A stretch of 61,960 nucleotides of DNA, filler included, from Basidioascus undulatus (lineage: Eukaryota), in the NCBI GenBank assembly GCA_000826855.1. It is 12 parts of 12 records of this genome, joined end to end, with 100 filler letters (N's around TTAATTAATTAA, not from the genome) between each part and the next. Parts side by side here need not be neighbours in the genome. Positions count along the whole stretch, not along the records: positions 48,359 to 51,689 come from JTLS01002451.1; positions 51,790 to 55,115 come from JTLS01002452.1; positions 55,216 to 58,538 come from JTLS01002453.1; positions 58,639 to 61,960 come from JTLS01002454.1; 8 more parts are not named here. One strand, written 5' to 3'. This document shows positions 48,359 to 60,284 of the stretch, in pieces. The first letter of the stretch is position 1, and each line of letters opens with the position of its first letter. Below the pieces are notes generated by a model. The model was not told the DNA's origin and ran no database searches. It was given only the letters and a program-made list of their open reading frames with translations. The position numbers and the translations under genes were made by a program.

Positions 48359-49805
48359 TCGGGGAGCAGAGGGAAGGAGAAGGGATGGGAAGGGAGGGGA
48401 AGAGGTGGGTTAGCGGGTAAGTTAGGAAGGCGGGCGGGGAACGGGAAGAGGAGATGGGAGGGGTGGAAGAGGCAGGAAGAGGGAGGGTAGAAAGACATAC
48501 CTGATCTCGGGAAGGAAGGAGGGCGGGTTGGAGGACTCTTCGAGAGGGAAGAACATGTGGCAAGTAGCGCATTCTGGTCAAGTCCGCATGTCAGTACCAC
48601 GAGAAAGAGAACTCGAAAGAGTAAGAGCCGCACCTAACCGCCCATCACAAACGCCCTCGACGTTCCCAAGCTTCTCCCTCCGTCCAAGCTGCATCAAGCT
48701 CTCCCCCACCTTCCCCTCCACATCGAACTCCCCTCCCTCCACATCCCTAAACTGCACGCGCACCGCATCGGACTCCGCCCCGCGTGCGCGCGGCTTGAGC
48801 TGCGTGGGCGCGGGCGCGTCGGGCGGAGCGGGGTTGAGCGTCTGCCCCGCCGCCGCGGCAGGCGCGAGCGCGGGGTCGACCCCCAGGCGGCCGCGCCAGT
48901 GCGGCCAGAGGACGGAGGAGGCGGAGGAGAGGTTCGGGGGGTGCGAGAGCGAGAGGAGGGTGGGGACGTCCGAGGGTCGGAGGTTGCCGTACCAGTCGCC
49001 CGAGGGGAAGACGATTGCGTTGGCTGCCCACCTGCCGGAGGAGGGGTGTTGAGAAATGGGAAAGGCAAGGGGAACGGGGGAAGGAAGATGAAAGGAAGAC
49101 GCACTTGTGTCCCCCGACATGCGCGATCTCCCGAACATGCACGTCCTTCTCCACCCTACGCTTCTGCACCTCCTCCCGCAGAGCCTGTACGACCGCGCCT
49201 CCCGCGTCTCCGCACCTGCAGTCCCTCGCGCCATGCGTACACACATACACGTGCGTCTCCCCCCCACTCGGGCGGTCCAGCGCCTCCCCCTTCTGCGCGG
49301 CCGCGACGAGCTCCATCACGAGCCTAGGCGCAGACTCAAGCGTGATGTTCGTAATCTCGCGCATGGAGGGGTACAGCGTCGCGCGCCACACCTCCTCCTT
49401 TGCGCCCTCCTTCGGCGCCTCGGCCCCCACGCCATCCCACGCCAGGCCGACGAGCACGCCCGCCTCGGCGAGTGCGGGGTCGGAGCTCAGCGCGCGGTAG
49501 AGCGGCGAGACAGCCTCGACTTTCGCAGGCCAGGTATGCGGAGGGTAGGGCGCGTGCAGGATCAGGTGCGCCGAGTGCTTCTGCGTCGAGCCGGGGAGAG
49601 GGGAGGGGTCGAACGGCTCGGCTTGGAGGGCGCGAAGGGGGGTGGTGCTGAATGGACGGAGACGGAGGTGGGAGGAGGAGATCCGGGGCCGGAGGAGAAC
49701 GCGGGCTCGGGAGGGGGCGGCGAAGGACGCTGCTGGGAGGAGAGCGGGTGCAACGGTGGGCCGCACGGGCATGATAGCCCGAATGGCGCAAACAGCGGCG
49801 CGCAT
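48359..49805 (-). CDS. AIM32: Aim32/Apd1-type thioredoxin-like ferredoxin fused to an adrenodoxin-type 2Fe-2S domain, 3' truncated
   Basis: Mitochondrial-type presequence; CTHGARDCRC, HVGGHK|WAAN, WYG, HWRGRLG; then VRVQFRD..GKVGESLMQLG..EGVCDGRL|ECATCH. Confidence 0.85.
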
Positions 49806-50870
49806 GATGGCTTAGATAAAAAGGATTTTGCCTCAGACGGCGAGGATGAGGAGGGGTCAACGAGGTCGACGAGGTCAAGAGAGAAGACGTTCCAAAATGC
49901 GAGCAGGCCCGTTGGCTCGGTGCCTTCGGCTCGGGCCGAGTGCGGACCTGTCACCGAGTTCACCGAAGCTTGACACACTGTCATTTCACTGCACTGACAG
50001 CATTGCAGTTGCTTGAACTTGGCATCAGGTTGAGCTCTGCAACTGTATGCATAAAATGCGAATTAAATCTGTTCAGATCATAGGATGGTTTCCCTTGAGG
50101 ATTTCTTCGTCTGAACCACCCGCACCAACGCTGTTCGTCGACCAAGGGTGTCGTCCTAAGCGAGCGTCCTGTACGCAAGGAGTCACAGAGAAGCACTGCT
50201 TCTTCCATTCACATGCCATCCAAATTTAGTCGACATTGCAGACTTATGGAACAACAGCTTCAGGGGACTTGTCATGAGGCAGGAGATTACAGCGCACAGC
50301 ACCAGCAACCGCGTACGACCGCTTCCAGGTTGAGGCGAATGGGTGATCCTTTATGTGCTCGTGTGAATTGCTGCGAATAAGTTGACGGAAATTGGAGAGC
50401 ATCAGTTATATATCTACTTACGCCCTCGCAGCGCAGTGACTGCCCCTTCCTGCTTTCGCAGCCATGGAGCCTGCAGACGTGCAGATCGTAGGCATCGTAC
50501 CACTCTGTGAAGTGTACTGACAAAGGTACGGCGAGGAGGACGTGAGCAGAGGCAGTTCTGCTGCTCCTCACTATCATCTGTCTCTATGCGGATATGAGGG
50601 ACGCCGGTGGTGTATTTTCAATGGTTGCTCTTAAGAAAGACACCTTAAGATTTTTTGTTTGCCCAAATCAGCTTTTGTGAGTCTCTCCTGATTTCGGGAG
50701 CAGCTGCGCCATGTGGCGTGCATTCCAGTGTCGCACCCGATCGTTCCGGGAGCGCAACTTCCTTCGTTCACTTTTCATCCACCACTCACTCGAAGGCTCA
50801 TCCCTCCTCCTCACCCAATCGCGAGCAGCAATACTCTGCTTTCCTCGCCACCTCACTCTCCCCTCAAACC

Positions 50871-51201
50871 ATGCCCAAGACCAGCCGCCCCCTGCGGAAC
50901 GCCCTTATGTGGCATATACTCTGCCGGTGTACAGGACCGAGTTTACTGTATTCAGGGAGAAGATAGCTGAACATGCCAAAGCGATGGACGAAAAGTTCGG
51001 GGCGCAGGCGAAGGAGCTCGGGCTCGCTGCCCAGATGAAGGAGCTCGACGAGACGCTTGCGCGCAGGCGAAGGAGTTGGAGTGGATCGCTGCCCAGCTGA
51101 AAGAGTCGGACCCTAAGCTGGAGATGGATATGGGGGCGCTGGAGCGCCAGATGGCCGTATTCCTCCCCTGGCTGAACCTTTATGAGGAGAGGGGTGAGTG
51201 A
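50871..51201 (+). pseudogene. Frameshifted coiled-coil-like remnant with an internal duplication
   Basis: AQAKEL..AAQ.KE.D unit at 51002 and again at 51061 (offset 59 nt, out of frame). Confidence 0.35.
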
Positions 51202-51689
51202 TAGTCACGAAGGAATGCATACGAGCCTGGAGGGAGCGGGGTTTCGCAAGGATGCTGTCAGGGTCCTGGCATTTCTGAGTATAATTTCAGCGTCAATTAC
51301 CCACCCGGCTGCCCACCTACGCGATTCGCTGCTTCGCCACCTCGACAAATGAACTTCCTCATACCCTTTTCATTCCTAGAAAACTAACGGATCAATATTT
51401 CGTTTCATCATAGCAAAAGGGTCACAGATGCAGGGCCAGCGGAAGCTATCTTAAAGCGCTGAAACGCGGGTCCCACGGTTCCCATCGCCGGACCAAGCTC
51501 ACCCACGTCTTGCGCACAGCTTCGTTCTCTACCACCATTATCCGCCCTCAACTCGAAAGTGTAAGTCTTCGGTCCCAGCCTAGCGCCGCACTCCGGAAAA
51601 GAGGCGATTAGAGACGGCTACTGGCACGCGAGTAGGAGCGCAGACGGCACAGCAAGCCACTCTGCCTCCCTGTCTCCGCAACACGGGGA

Positions 51690-51789
51690 NNNNNNNNNNN
51701 NNNNNNNNNNNNNNNNNNNNNNNNNNNNNNNNNTTAATTAATTAANNNNNNNNNNNNNNNNNNNNNNNNNNNNNNNNNNNNNNNNNNNN
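51690..51789. other. Artificial contig linker
   Basis: N44-TTAATTAATTAA-N44. Confidence 0.98.
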
Positions 51790-52112
51790 GAGGGGGGTTG
51801 GGGGGGGGTAAGACGAGGACGTTGGCAGCGAGCGCAGTCAGTTGGATGATGGAAGAACGGACAAGCTGGAGAAGAAGCAAGAAGGGGGCGTTGATAGCGT
51901 GGAAACTGTCGCCCCCGCCTGAGCGGTCTAAAGCGGTCCAATAATGTCCGCAAGCAGCCCACGGTGCAAAGTGGCGAGGCATCTCGGCCGCGATTCAGGC
52001 GTGGCGAGGTCAGTAAACAAGCTCGGTGGGAATAAAAACAAGCTTGATCTGGACATGGGCATCTTAAAGGTCAGCAGAGTCCCAGCTTTGGGCGGTGAGC
52101 GAGCCTAGCGAC

Positions 52113-53087
52113 ATGATCGAAGCTGGGAAGGCGAAACGTGAGCGAGTGCAGGAAGACGTCGCAAAAGGAAGAATCAGAGTTTGAGGCGACAGAGTGGCGA
52201 CAGGCTCAATCGAGTCGCAGAGACCTTGGCTGTCAGTCCGGATCCCTGGTCAGCTCGCAGAAGCTTGTGCGACGCGTCCAGAACGCGTCCTTCTTTCATT
52301 AATCAACACGATGAAGAGTTGCAAGTCGCTGTTGCCGGAGTTGGCCAAAAATGGCAAGAGGAGCGCGACGAGGCGGCCCATGTACTTAGTAATACCTGGT
52401 AGCGCCAGCTGTCCACACCTGACAAACAAATCGACCGGCTCTTCTGCTCTCGCTGTCCCGATGCCCAGCTACTCTCCGCACACTTCGCTTCTCTATCTGC
52501 AACGAAGTGACCGCTTCGCTTACGATCTTGCCTTCGCTCCGCAGTTTGCGTTCGATCTTGATCTACAACGCTTCGGGTGACATTGCCTAGGTGAAAAGCG
52601 TTGTCCTGCCGTCGCTGGAGCCCTGTGCTGGGCTATGCACCCGCCCCATCAGTGGCACCCGCTCAAACTGGTCCACGCGCCCAATTTACAATCGTTGGAG
52701 CTCTGTAGCCAAGATTCCTCAGCATCGTCCGAAGGACTCAGCCCCGACATCCGTCTTTTCTTCAAACTGCATGGTCTTCTTCGCGAACTGAGCCTCCGGT
52801 TCTCGGACTATCAAGGCATTCTCACTCACCTCGAGGAAGACTGCCCAAACGTCCGCACCTTGACCTTGCACGCTCGGCCTAAGCCACGCACCTTTCGCCT
52901 ACCTCCAAGCATCGAGGTCTTAGACATTGGCTTCGACGTCAGCTTCTATAACGTCTTTGTCTTGACCGACAATCTCATCCTCGAGGGTGTTTCCCTTCTG
53001 CGTACAGTCGTTCTTCCACTGCGCCTGAAGGCCTTGTCGATCCTAGCATATGGAGACCCAGGCGGTGCACATGTTTCCTCATTCTGA
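52113..53087 (+). pseudogene. LRR-like (F-box associated) gene remnant
   Basis: APNLQSLEL, LRELSL, CPNVRTLTL, LPPSIEVLDI repeats; in-frame TGA at 52182 and 52578. Confidence 0.5.
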
Positions 53088-53588
53088 CTTTACGCTTGGC
53101 CGAGAAGCGCATCGTGCTGCGTGACAGGGTGGGAGATGTGCTTCGATCGCTTGCAGAGCCGGTGCTTCACCCCGAGGAGAGCGAGTGACCGGCTAGTTAC
53201 CATTATGACAGCATTCCAATTCTTGACGAGCCTTAAATGCACATGCGTGTACTGTTGCCATCAGAGGGTCTTCCCGAGCCTGCGACCTTCGGCGCTATGT
53301 GATCCGAATTTACCAGGTCGAAATGCTCAATTGGCGCTTTAATTACCGCCTTGACGAATGGTGAACTTACACAGTGGGCGAGTCCACCAAAAGCCTGGAC
53401 ACCACTGTCACCGCTGGACTGCAAAGTCTCTGGATGTACATGGAGGCCCAAACACAGAGAAATGTTTCTGATAAGATGCATCAGCTTGGATCCTGGATGT
53501 TTGAGGTAATTATGAACGCGGAGTTGAACATGAACTCGAGCACCGCAGACCGGACGCATTGCTAGATCGTATGCTCAATTTATGCGAG

Positions 53589-54773
53589 CTACGCATAAAT
53601 ACTTGTCCACCATCGCTTCGTCTCCTTCACGTGTAGTTCCGTCCTCCACACGTTAATCACAGGCACGTCTACTTTCCCCAGCACTGCAGACAGTGCGAAC
53701 CAGGGCTCCAAGCCGAGAGGTGCTGACGTCTGCATTCCAAAGTGGATGGCGGTTGTGACACGGCGAAGCATAGGCAGATTGTCTCTGGACAGGGCTTCAA
53801 AGAACGGGTGGATGCTGTTGATTTCGGCCCGTAAAAGTCTTCAGGCTGTTCGAGAGTCTCAAGCTCAGGATGGCAAAGTGCGGCGCCGGACGCGGCATTG
53901 AAGGCAGGCGGTGTGTACTTTTTGAGGGAAGGGCATAGGGTGAGGAAATCGATGGGCTCCGATAGGTCTATCGCGCCGAGATGTAGAGTAGAGAGATGAG
54001 ACCCCATATGATCAAGAACGTGGCGCAAGGGCTCGCCCGGCATCTCGACATGTTGGAGGTCCAGATGATGAAGCATCGGCAGCGAGGAGCAGCTGAAAGT
54101 CTCAAGGATGAGCGAGTCATAAACTCCCGGGAGTTTAGAATTTTGTGTGCTGATGCTAAGATATCGCAAAAGTGGCAGATCGAGACTGGAGCGGGAAGAA
54201 GGAGCGTACTGGTCCGACTCAGAATAAACTAGAACAAGATCAAGCTTGGTCATGTTTGTAAGATGAGACACGTGCGAGGAGAGTTTCCATAGAGAGGTGG
54301 GTACGCAGGGAAAGTTCCCGCAGATTGAGTACAGCTGGGCTGACCGAGAGGCCTAAGATCGAACCGAGCATGAATTGCGTGTCTGGAAAGGCGGCGTCGA
54401 CATATTCGACCCCCTCCATAAAATTGAAAGGCGCGAGGATATGGAATCGATATGGGAGAGGTCTGTGTCCTTGTCATCGATAGAGTCAAAAGCGATGCGC
54501 CCCAAGCGAACCGGTCGACCCAGACGAACTCGACACCTGACGGGGTCGCGAGTGAATTGTGCCACTTGCGACAAGTGCACTCCAATGTGAAAAGCACGGC
54601 AAGGTGTCCACGACAGCCTTGAAATGACAGTTGACGAGCGAGAGGTTTAACTCGTGTGCGATGATGATTTGCCCTTCTCCATACCATCGGTACCTCGGTT
54701 CCCCTTCATCGATCACGAAACGGAGGATGCGAGCGAGAATCTCGATGGGAATGCAGTTCATGATCGATGACAT
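53589..54773 (-). pseudogene. F-box + LRR-like gene with several frameshifts
   Basis: MNCIPIEILARILRFV..LSLVNCHF (F-box); LPLLRYLSI, LPMLHHLDL, LSTLHL, LCPSLKK spread over ORFs in different frames with no intron signals to join them. Confidence 0.65.
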
Positions 54774-55047
54774 CAGCGACGATAGAACAAGTGTGAGATG
54801 TGCCGTGATGTTGGCCAGGAGAGAGGATCGACGGGGTGCCGGAAGCGGAGAGCGATGGAGGTGAGAGGGCAACCGGAGTTCGTCGAGCGAGTTGCGGCGG
54901 CAGGATTTTGCAGCGCCACTTTCTTAATGACTCGGACAAGTAAAGTCCAGACTTCTCTCATCTAAAACTGCGGGTAGAGGCAAAAAAAAAGTATTGCCCA
55001 ATGTGCCCAATCCAGACCGGCTGTGTGGGGAAGAAATTTAAAAGGAC

Positions 55048-55115
55048 TTCCTCCTAGCCGACTTGAACGACTGACCTCGTCATTACTAGTGACGCGCTCT
55101 ACCACTGAGCTAAGG
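55048..55115 (-). tRNA. tRNA-Thr(AGT), second copy, first 4 nt lost at the contig end
   Basis: Identical to 27772-27839 in reverse complement; different 3' flank with a T4 run. Confidence 0.92.
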
Positions 55116-55215
55116 NNNNNNNNNNNNNNNNNNNNNNNNNNNNNNNNNNNNNNNNNNNNTTAATTAATTAANNNNNNNNNNNNNNNNNNNNNNNNNNNNN
55201 NNNNNNNNNNNNNNN
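55116..55215. other. Artificial contig linker
   Basis: N44-TTAATTAATTAA-N44. Confidence 0.98.
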
Positions 55216-55243
55216 TTCTCGTTCTTACCTTCCTTGCGTTGCA

Positions 55244-55892
55244 GAGGACGTACATCACCCCGTCCGCCCGCCATGCTCCCGCTCCTCATCCCTCGCCCCC
55301 TCGCCCTCCGCCCCGGGCACGATCCTCCTCCCCGACGTCGGCGGCGCGCTGATCATACAGCGCGATACGGCAAGTCCCGTGCCGAGTTTGCCGAGCACGG
55401 ACGATACGAGAAGCGTGGGCGGGACGGATGCTGGTGATGGCGAGAAGGAGGACGGCGGAGAGGAGGAGATGGACCCGGAGGACGACGAGACGCCTTGGAC
55501 GCTTACTGTAAGGGCGCCCGGGCTGCATCAGCCGTTGCATTTGGGGACGCTGCATCCTGCGCCGCATGTGCGTTTCTCCCACCATCCCCATCTTTCCTAT
55601 CTTCCCTCCCTCCTTGTTCTCCTTCTCCACTCTCCCTCTTCTCCCCTCCCCTCGCCGCCGCCCGGTCGACTGACGCAACACCGGTGGTCGGCCCGCACAG
55701 CACCCGCGCATCATCGGCCAGCTCAAAGTCCCCTTCCCGCTCCCCTCCGTCCCGCTCGCCTCGGGGCGCGCGCAACTCACGCCCGAGGACCTCAAGGACG
55801 TGCTCTGCTGCACGTGCCTGTGGGTCGTCGTGCGCGAGGAGTTTGGGGGGCTGGGCAAGAGGCGGAAGGGCGATGGGTGGAGGATCAAGTGA
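55244..55892 (+). CDS. Last two exons of a protein of unknown function
   Basis: DPEDDETPWT..LGTLHPAPH|HPRIIGQLKVPFPLP..LTPEDLKDVLCCTCLWVVVREEFGGLGKRRKGDGWRIK*; clean GT-AG intron ~55568-55700. Confidence 0.7.
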
Positions 55893-56328
55893 TCCGTTTT
55901 CATCCTATCTCCCTCCTTACCTCCCCCTGTCTGGTTCTTCCTTTCCCTTTCGGCTCGCTTGGCCCTACCCCTTTTTTATTTGTAGTTTCCTGGTTCGCCA
56001 ACCTTACTCCACCGTCCCGCCTCCCCACTCCTCTGTTCTTCCCGCCCGCCTCCTCCCCGCACATACTCTTTCGTCTTTTCTCCCTAGTTTTCAGCTGAAA
56101 ACAGAGTTATTGGTCTACACTCCAGTCTCCCTCGCTCTCCGTTTTTTCGAGGTTTATTTTTGGTCTCATGCTCAATCGATCGCATCGCATCGCGGCGCAC
56201 TGGCAGTCGATGAGTGGTGCTTGGTGTGGTTCCTTGATTAGTGTGAGGACGAAGCATTCGAACGGGTGCTGTGAATTGAGATGGAGTGAACGAGGGTTAC
56301 TGTGTGGGCTGCGTCGTGATACGTTCAC

Positions 56329-57236
56329 TTAGTTGGCAGCCAGACAGTGAGCGGAAGGATTGGTGTGCTTGAGATACTTCGTTGATAGGAGAGTGCAAGG
56401 GGAAGTACACCAGCAGTGGTCAGCATCCAAATTATCACCTTTTGCAGAAGCCCGAATAAGGATACCTACTGTAAAGACGTCGCACGCGACAACCTGAACT
56501 GCATTCAATCGGAAGGATCCGTCGCACTTTGGCTTTGGGGTGTAAGGGGTGCAGCAGACATTTACCCGGTGGCTTGACTCGACATAACCATGGGAACAGT
56601 ACAAATCGCGTGAACGTAGAAACTTTGAAGCAGTCCGTACAACATTATCCGTCTGGTACAGCTAAGCCGGATGAACCCCAAATGAAACAAACTGCGCATC
56701 GACTGCCAGTAGGCAGTCTACGCCAAGGCGACGAAGCCGAGCACAAGGAACGATGCAGGCGACCATCGCCTGGGAGAAACCCGCGTACAACCCCGAAGTA
56801 GGAGTATACAGGCGGCCCGAGTGGCGGCTGAGCCTGAAGAGGAAGTCGACGTCGTGCGGATGGAGGTTGACGTAGAGCGGGAGGAGTGGACGTGCCTGAC
56901 CCAGCGGGACTTTGGCGAGGGGGTCCGGCTGGAGGAGGTAGGAGTCGGTGCGGCGGCATCTGCATCCAGCCCAAGGTCGCTGGGTGCCGAGGAGTAGCGC
57001 AGGGCCCCGGCGGAGGCGGCCGATTTGAAGACAGACCGCACTGGTCGGAGGATGAGTAGTCGATGCCACGGCGGGCGGTGCCGCAGTTGCACCCTGGTTG
57101 CAGGCAGTAATTTCAGTAAGCGGGAAACGGTGTTCAGTTTGGGAAGGAAGCGCTCACAGTTCCAGGCTTCGTCCCGGATGCCGGATGCTACGTGGAAGTC
57201 CGTCGTAGTCTGTTCCATAGAGCCGTTACGAAATGT
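56329..57236 (-). pseudogene. Possible degraded gene remnant
   Basis: Protein-like segments in overlapping frames (56718..57239, 56662..57069, 56329..56604); no family recognised. Confidence 0.25.
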
Positions 57237-57948
57237 CATGCAGAGGAAGATACGAAAGAGAGAAAGCAGGAACTGTTACTCACGAGATGGAAGTCCAGGT
57301 CGCAGTTGTACATGGTCCGGTCAACGTTGGAGAGGCAGACCTCCATCTGCATGTTGCATGCCAGGATGTGGACGCACTTGTCCGCGTCCCGGAAGCCATC
57401 TTCCAACCATTCACGTACGTCCTCACGGAGCCGGTCCCGACACGGCTGCAGGTGTTAGCGGGCTCATGGACAGGCGGGTAGGACGCCGCGCAGTCGCCGC
57501 TGTTTTGATGGGACGCATTGTGAGTTTACGGTCTGGGGGTATACGGGGGATTGGGGATGTGCAAAAATGTAAAAAAAAAACCCCACAAGCAGTCCTTGGT
57601 CTGTAGCGACTCCGGCATGCGCAGTGTCGTGCCCCGCAGACGCAAATATATCTGGCGCTAGCGCGACGTTATCGCAGATGACCTTCTCATTGTCCCAGAT
57701 CCACGTATCGGTAAGGACGTTTTCGAAGATGTCGAGCTCCGTCCAGTCGCAAACAGGCGTCCGGCCCGTCGAGCGGAATCCCGCCATCGGGAGCGTGTAG
57801 ACAGGCTTGCGGATTACGCCCTAGGAGCCCGCGATATACGTGTTCACTTGAAGGTCGCAATGCAGGAGCTGCTGCGCTCGGCGACGGACGCGGTGGTGAC
57901 GACCAGGCCGCAGAGGAGAGGGGCGGCGGCGAGAGGCTTGATGAGCAT
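57237..57948 (-). pseudogene. Small secreted Cys-rich protein, disrupted
   Basis: TATATAA at 58010-58016; signal-like MLIKPLAAAPLLCGLVVTTASVA; frame break near 57865; TAG 57821-57823; Cys-rich exon 57284-57445. Confidence 0.45.
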
Positions 57949-58538
57949 GATGCTAGGGCGGTACTTCGAAGGGTGCAACGGGACACATGTGTTGAGGGCC
58001 AGGTGAGGCTTATATACTCTAGAACTGGCAGCGTTGCAGTGCCTGAAAGTTCCATGTGGCGATAATTGAGGGGACTGCCAAGTTTGTGGCATGAGTGAGG
58101 CGAAAGCTGTGATTGTTTTCCGGCTGCCACCCACTAGGTGGGCAACAGAGGCTTAGTCCTGAGCTGTAGAAGGCACTAATAATTCTGAATAGCTATCCTT
58201 GCCCGGGGAACGCCTGCGCCATGAGGCTGTACCGGCGAGACACAAAAAGTGAATGAGGGTCGTATGGCGCCGTGGTGTCGGTGGCAGCGTACAATGGCGC
58301 ACTGCTTTCAACTTCATACTCGGCACTTGTTGATCAAGGCAATCTTGCCCTTTAACGTATTTCCGGGAATTATTTTAGCTACCCAGCGCTCCTGAGAATA
58401 ATAGTGACGAAAAAAGAGCCATGTTCTGTGTTCTGGCTGATGTGCATTTCGAGTTTGGATTATATCTGTTGTAAGCTAACTGTTGGAGATTGAGAGGACG
58501 ATCTAGCCTTTGACACCACTTTGACGGTTGACACCTCC

Positions 58539-58638
58539 NNNNNNNNNNNNNNNNNNNNNNNNNNNNNNNNNNNNNNNNNNNNTTAATTAATTAANNNNNN
58601 NNNNNNNNNNNNNNNNNNNNNNNNNNNNNNNNNNNNNN
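58539..58638. other. Artificial contig linker
   Basis: N44-TTAATTAATTAA-N44. Confidence 0.98.
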
Positions 58639-59320
58639 GGGGTGTGAGAGGGGGTGGCGGGGGGCGGGGCTGGGATGCTGAGGACCAGGCTGTGGGCATA
58701 GTGCAAGGCAAAACCGCCTCATGCGATGCCTATGGTGATGGCGGTCAATACCAAGGCTCGTGTTAGGTCAAGCAGCGATGCGCAGGCGCGGTCTTCCCTG
58801 ATCTACCTGACGTCATTTGCGAATCAAACGTCGCAGATATCGCAGGAAATTGCCTGCCTTCTTGCCTTTTTTTCGTAGGGCAGGATCACGCCCATTCATG
58901 GTATTAACCTCCTAGAAGCCAGACAGGCATTGTCTGTCCAGGTGTGAGCATACCCGGTGTATCAGGCTACGCTAGGGCACGGTTTGAACGCCAGCCTGGC
59001 CCCAAGACAAGGAGGACGGGCTTCAGAGTTGCACGACCGATACTGACACTGTCTTTCTTTTTTGGATATACACATATTGTATTGTAATATCTCTATGCAG
59101 CAGGACGTATCAGGGGAGACGTCTCTGTTTGACGGCCTTTCCTTTCAAGTAGCCCACGTCTCAGTCTGTCTGGCCCCTTCATCGCGCGCCTTGTTTCTTT
59201 TACTGCCGTCGCGCCACGGCTGCAAATTGAGCTCTCTCCAACATTTCTACGCCCCGCAAACTCTCGCCCCCTTCGTGACGTTCTCCTCTCTACCACCAGC
59301 ACCGGCACTTTACTACCAGA

Positions 59321-60284
59321 ATGGGCGGCGCAGTCGATACCCACCTCATGCTCGTGTACGGAGGGGAGGTTAACATGGAGGAGCTCATCATCATCGCCAG
59401 GGCCGGCCGCAATGCGAGGTGAGCAGAGGCTTACCAGTAAGTCATATCGCGGTAGAACCTTCCTCTACACCTGTGCTATCTTCGAGACCAAGGAGCAGAT
59501 TGTGGGCAAGGCGGGCTGGGCGGACCTGCCCGCTGAGCTGCGGGCGCGGATCCGCAACGAGTTTCGGGCGCAGTGCCAGGCGGACGCCCGCGCGCGCACC
59601 ACGACGGAGGAGCACGACAAGGTGTTCCATAGCCGTAAGACAAAGATTGTCCAGGTAGGAATCCTTCGGCGTGTGCGAGATGAGGCGCAGGATGGTTTGC
59701 GGGCGACTGTGGCTGATCTGCTGTGGGTGGAAGTTGGACGCCAGTTCATGGACAAGGCCCTCTCGCCTTACAACCTCTAGGTACAGCACTTCCCCGACTG
59801 CGATTAGGACTCCGGCGATTTCCCGAACACGACTTGGGCTGTTGGTAAGTCTTCACAGTGTGGCCACACGCCGACTTCCTTTCTCCCATTAACTGTCGTG
59901 CATCACACCAGCTGACGTTGTTGTTCCCTTCGCCGCGTCTTCAGGACACCGCTATCTGCACCTCTTCCGCATGGCAAGAAAGTCCCCTACGTTAGCACAG
60001 CGACCTCCAAGGGTGCGATGCCGGCGTCGACGTCGGCTACTACGCCGACACGCAGTCGTTCGCGCTCTCACCCGCGCTGTTCGACGGGCACGCCGCGCGC
60101 GAGGCGGACTTCCGGCGCGCGAGGGAGGAGCTCCGGACGCGCTTTCGCCTTGGGCTGGAGGGTCAAGTGGCTGCTTGGGAGGAGGGAGGAGGAGGCCAGG
60201 CGCAGGCTTAGGACAGCGAGCAGCTATCGGAGCACGGGGACTCTCGCTTCATCAATTCGCACGACGGTCTTGACTGCCGAGTAG
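59321..60284 (+). pseudogene. Hypothetical gene with an F-box-like segment and in-frame stops
   Basis: MGGAVDTHLMLVYG..NAR|TFLY..WADLPAELRARI; TAG at 59778 and 59805 with further coding-like exons after them. Confidence 0.45.

Noticed and set aside
24302..49805. A mitochondrial Fe-S gene cluster (IBA57, PPR, AIM32-ferredoxin)
   Set aside because: The genes lie on different contigs.
24246..58594. TTAATTAATTAA recurring every ~3.4 kb as a CRISPR-like array or piggyBac TTAA sites
   Set aside because: Always embedded in N44 padding; a synthetic six-frame-stop linker.
58850..58890. U5 snRNA-like hairpin (TCTTGCCTTTT)
   Set aside because: Lacks the invariant GCCTTTTAC loop and a clear Sm site.
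12673..59807. Stop-codon reassignment or A-to-I rescue as the cause of in-frame stops
   Set aside because: TAA, TAG and TGA all occur internally alongside frameshifts, TAG and TGA end intact genes here (GPN3, PET191), and conserved genes have no internal stops.
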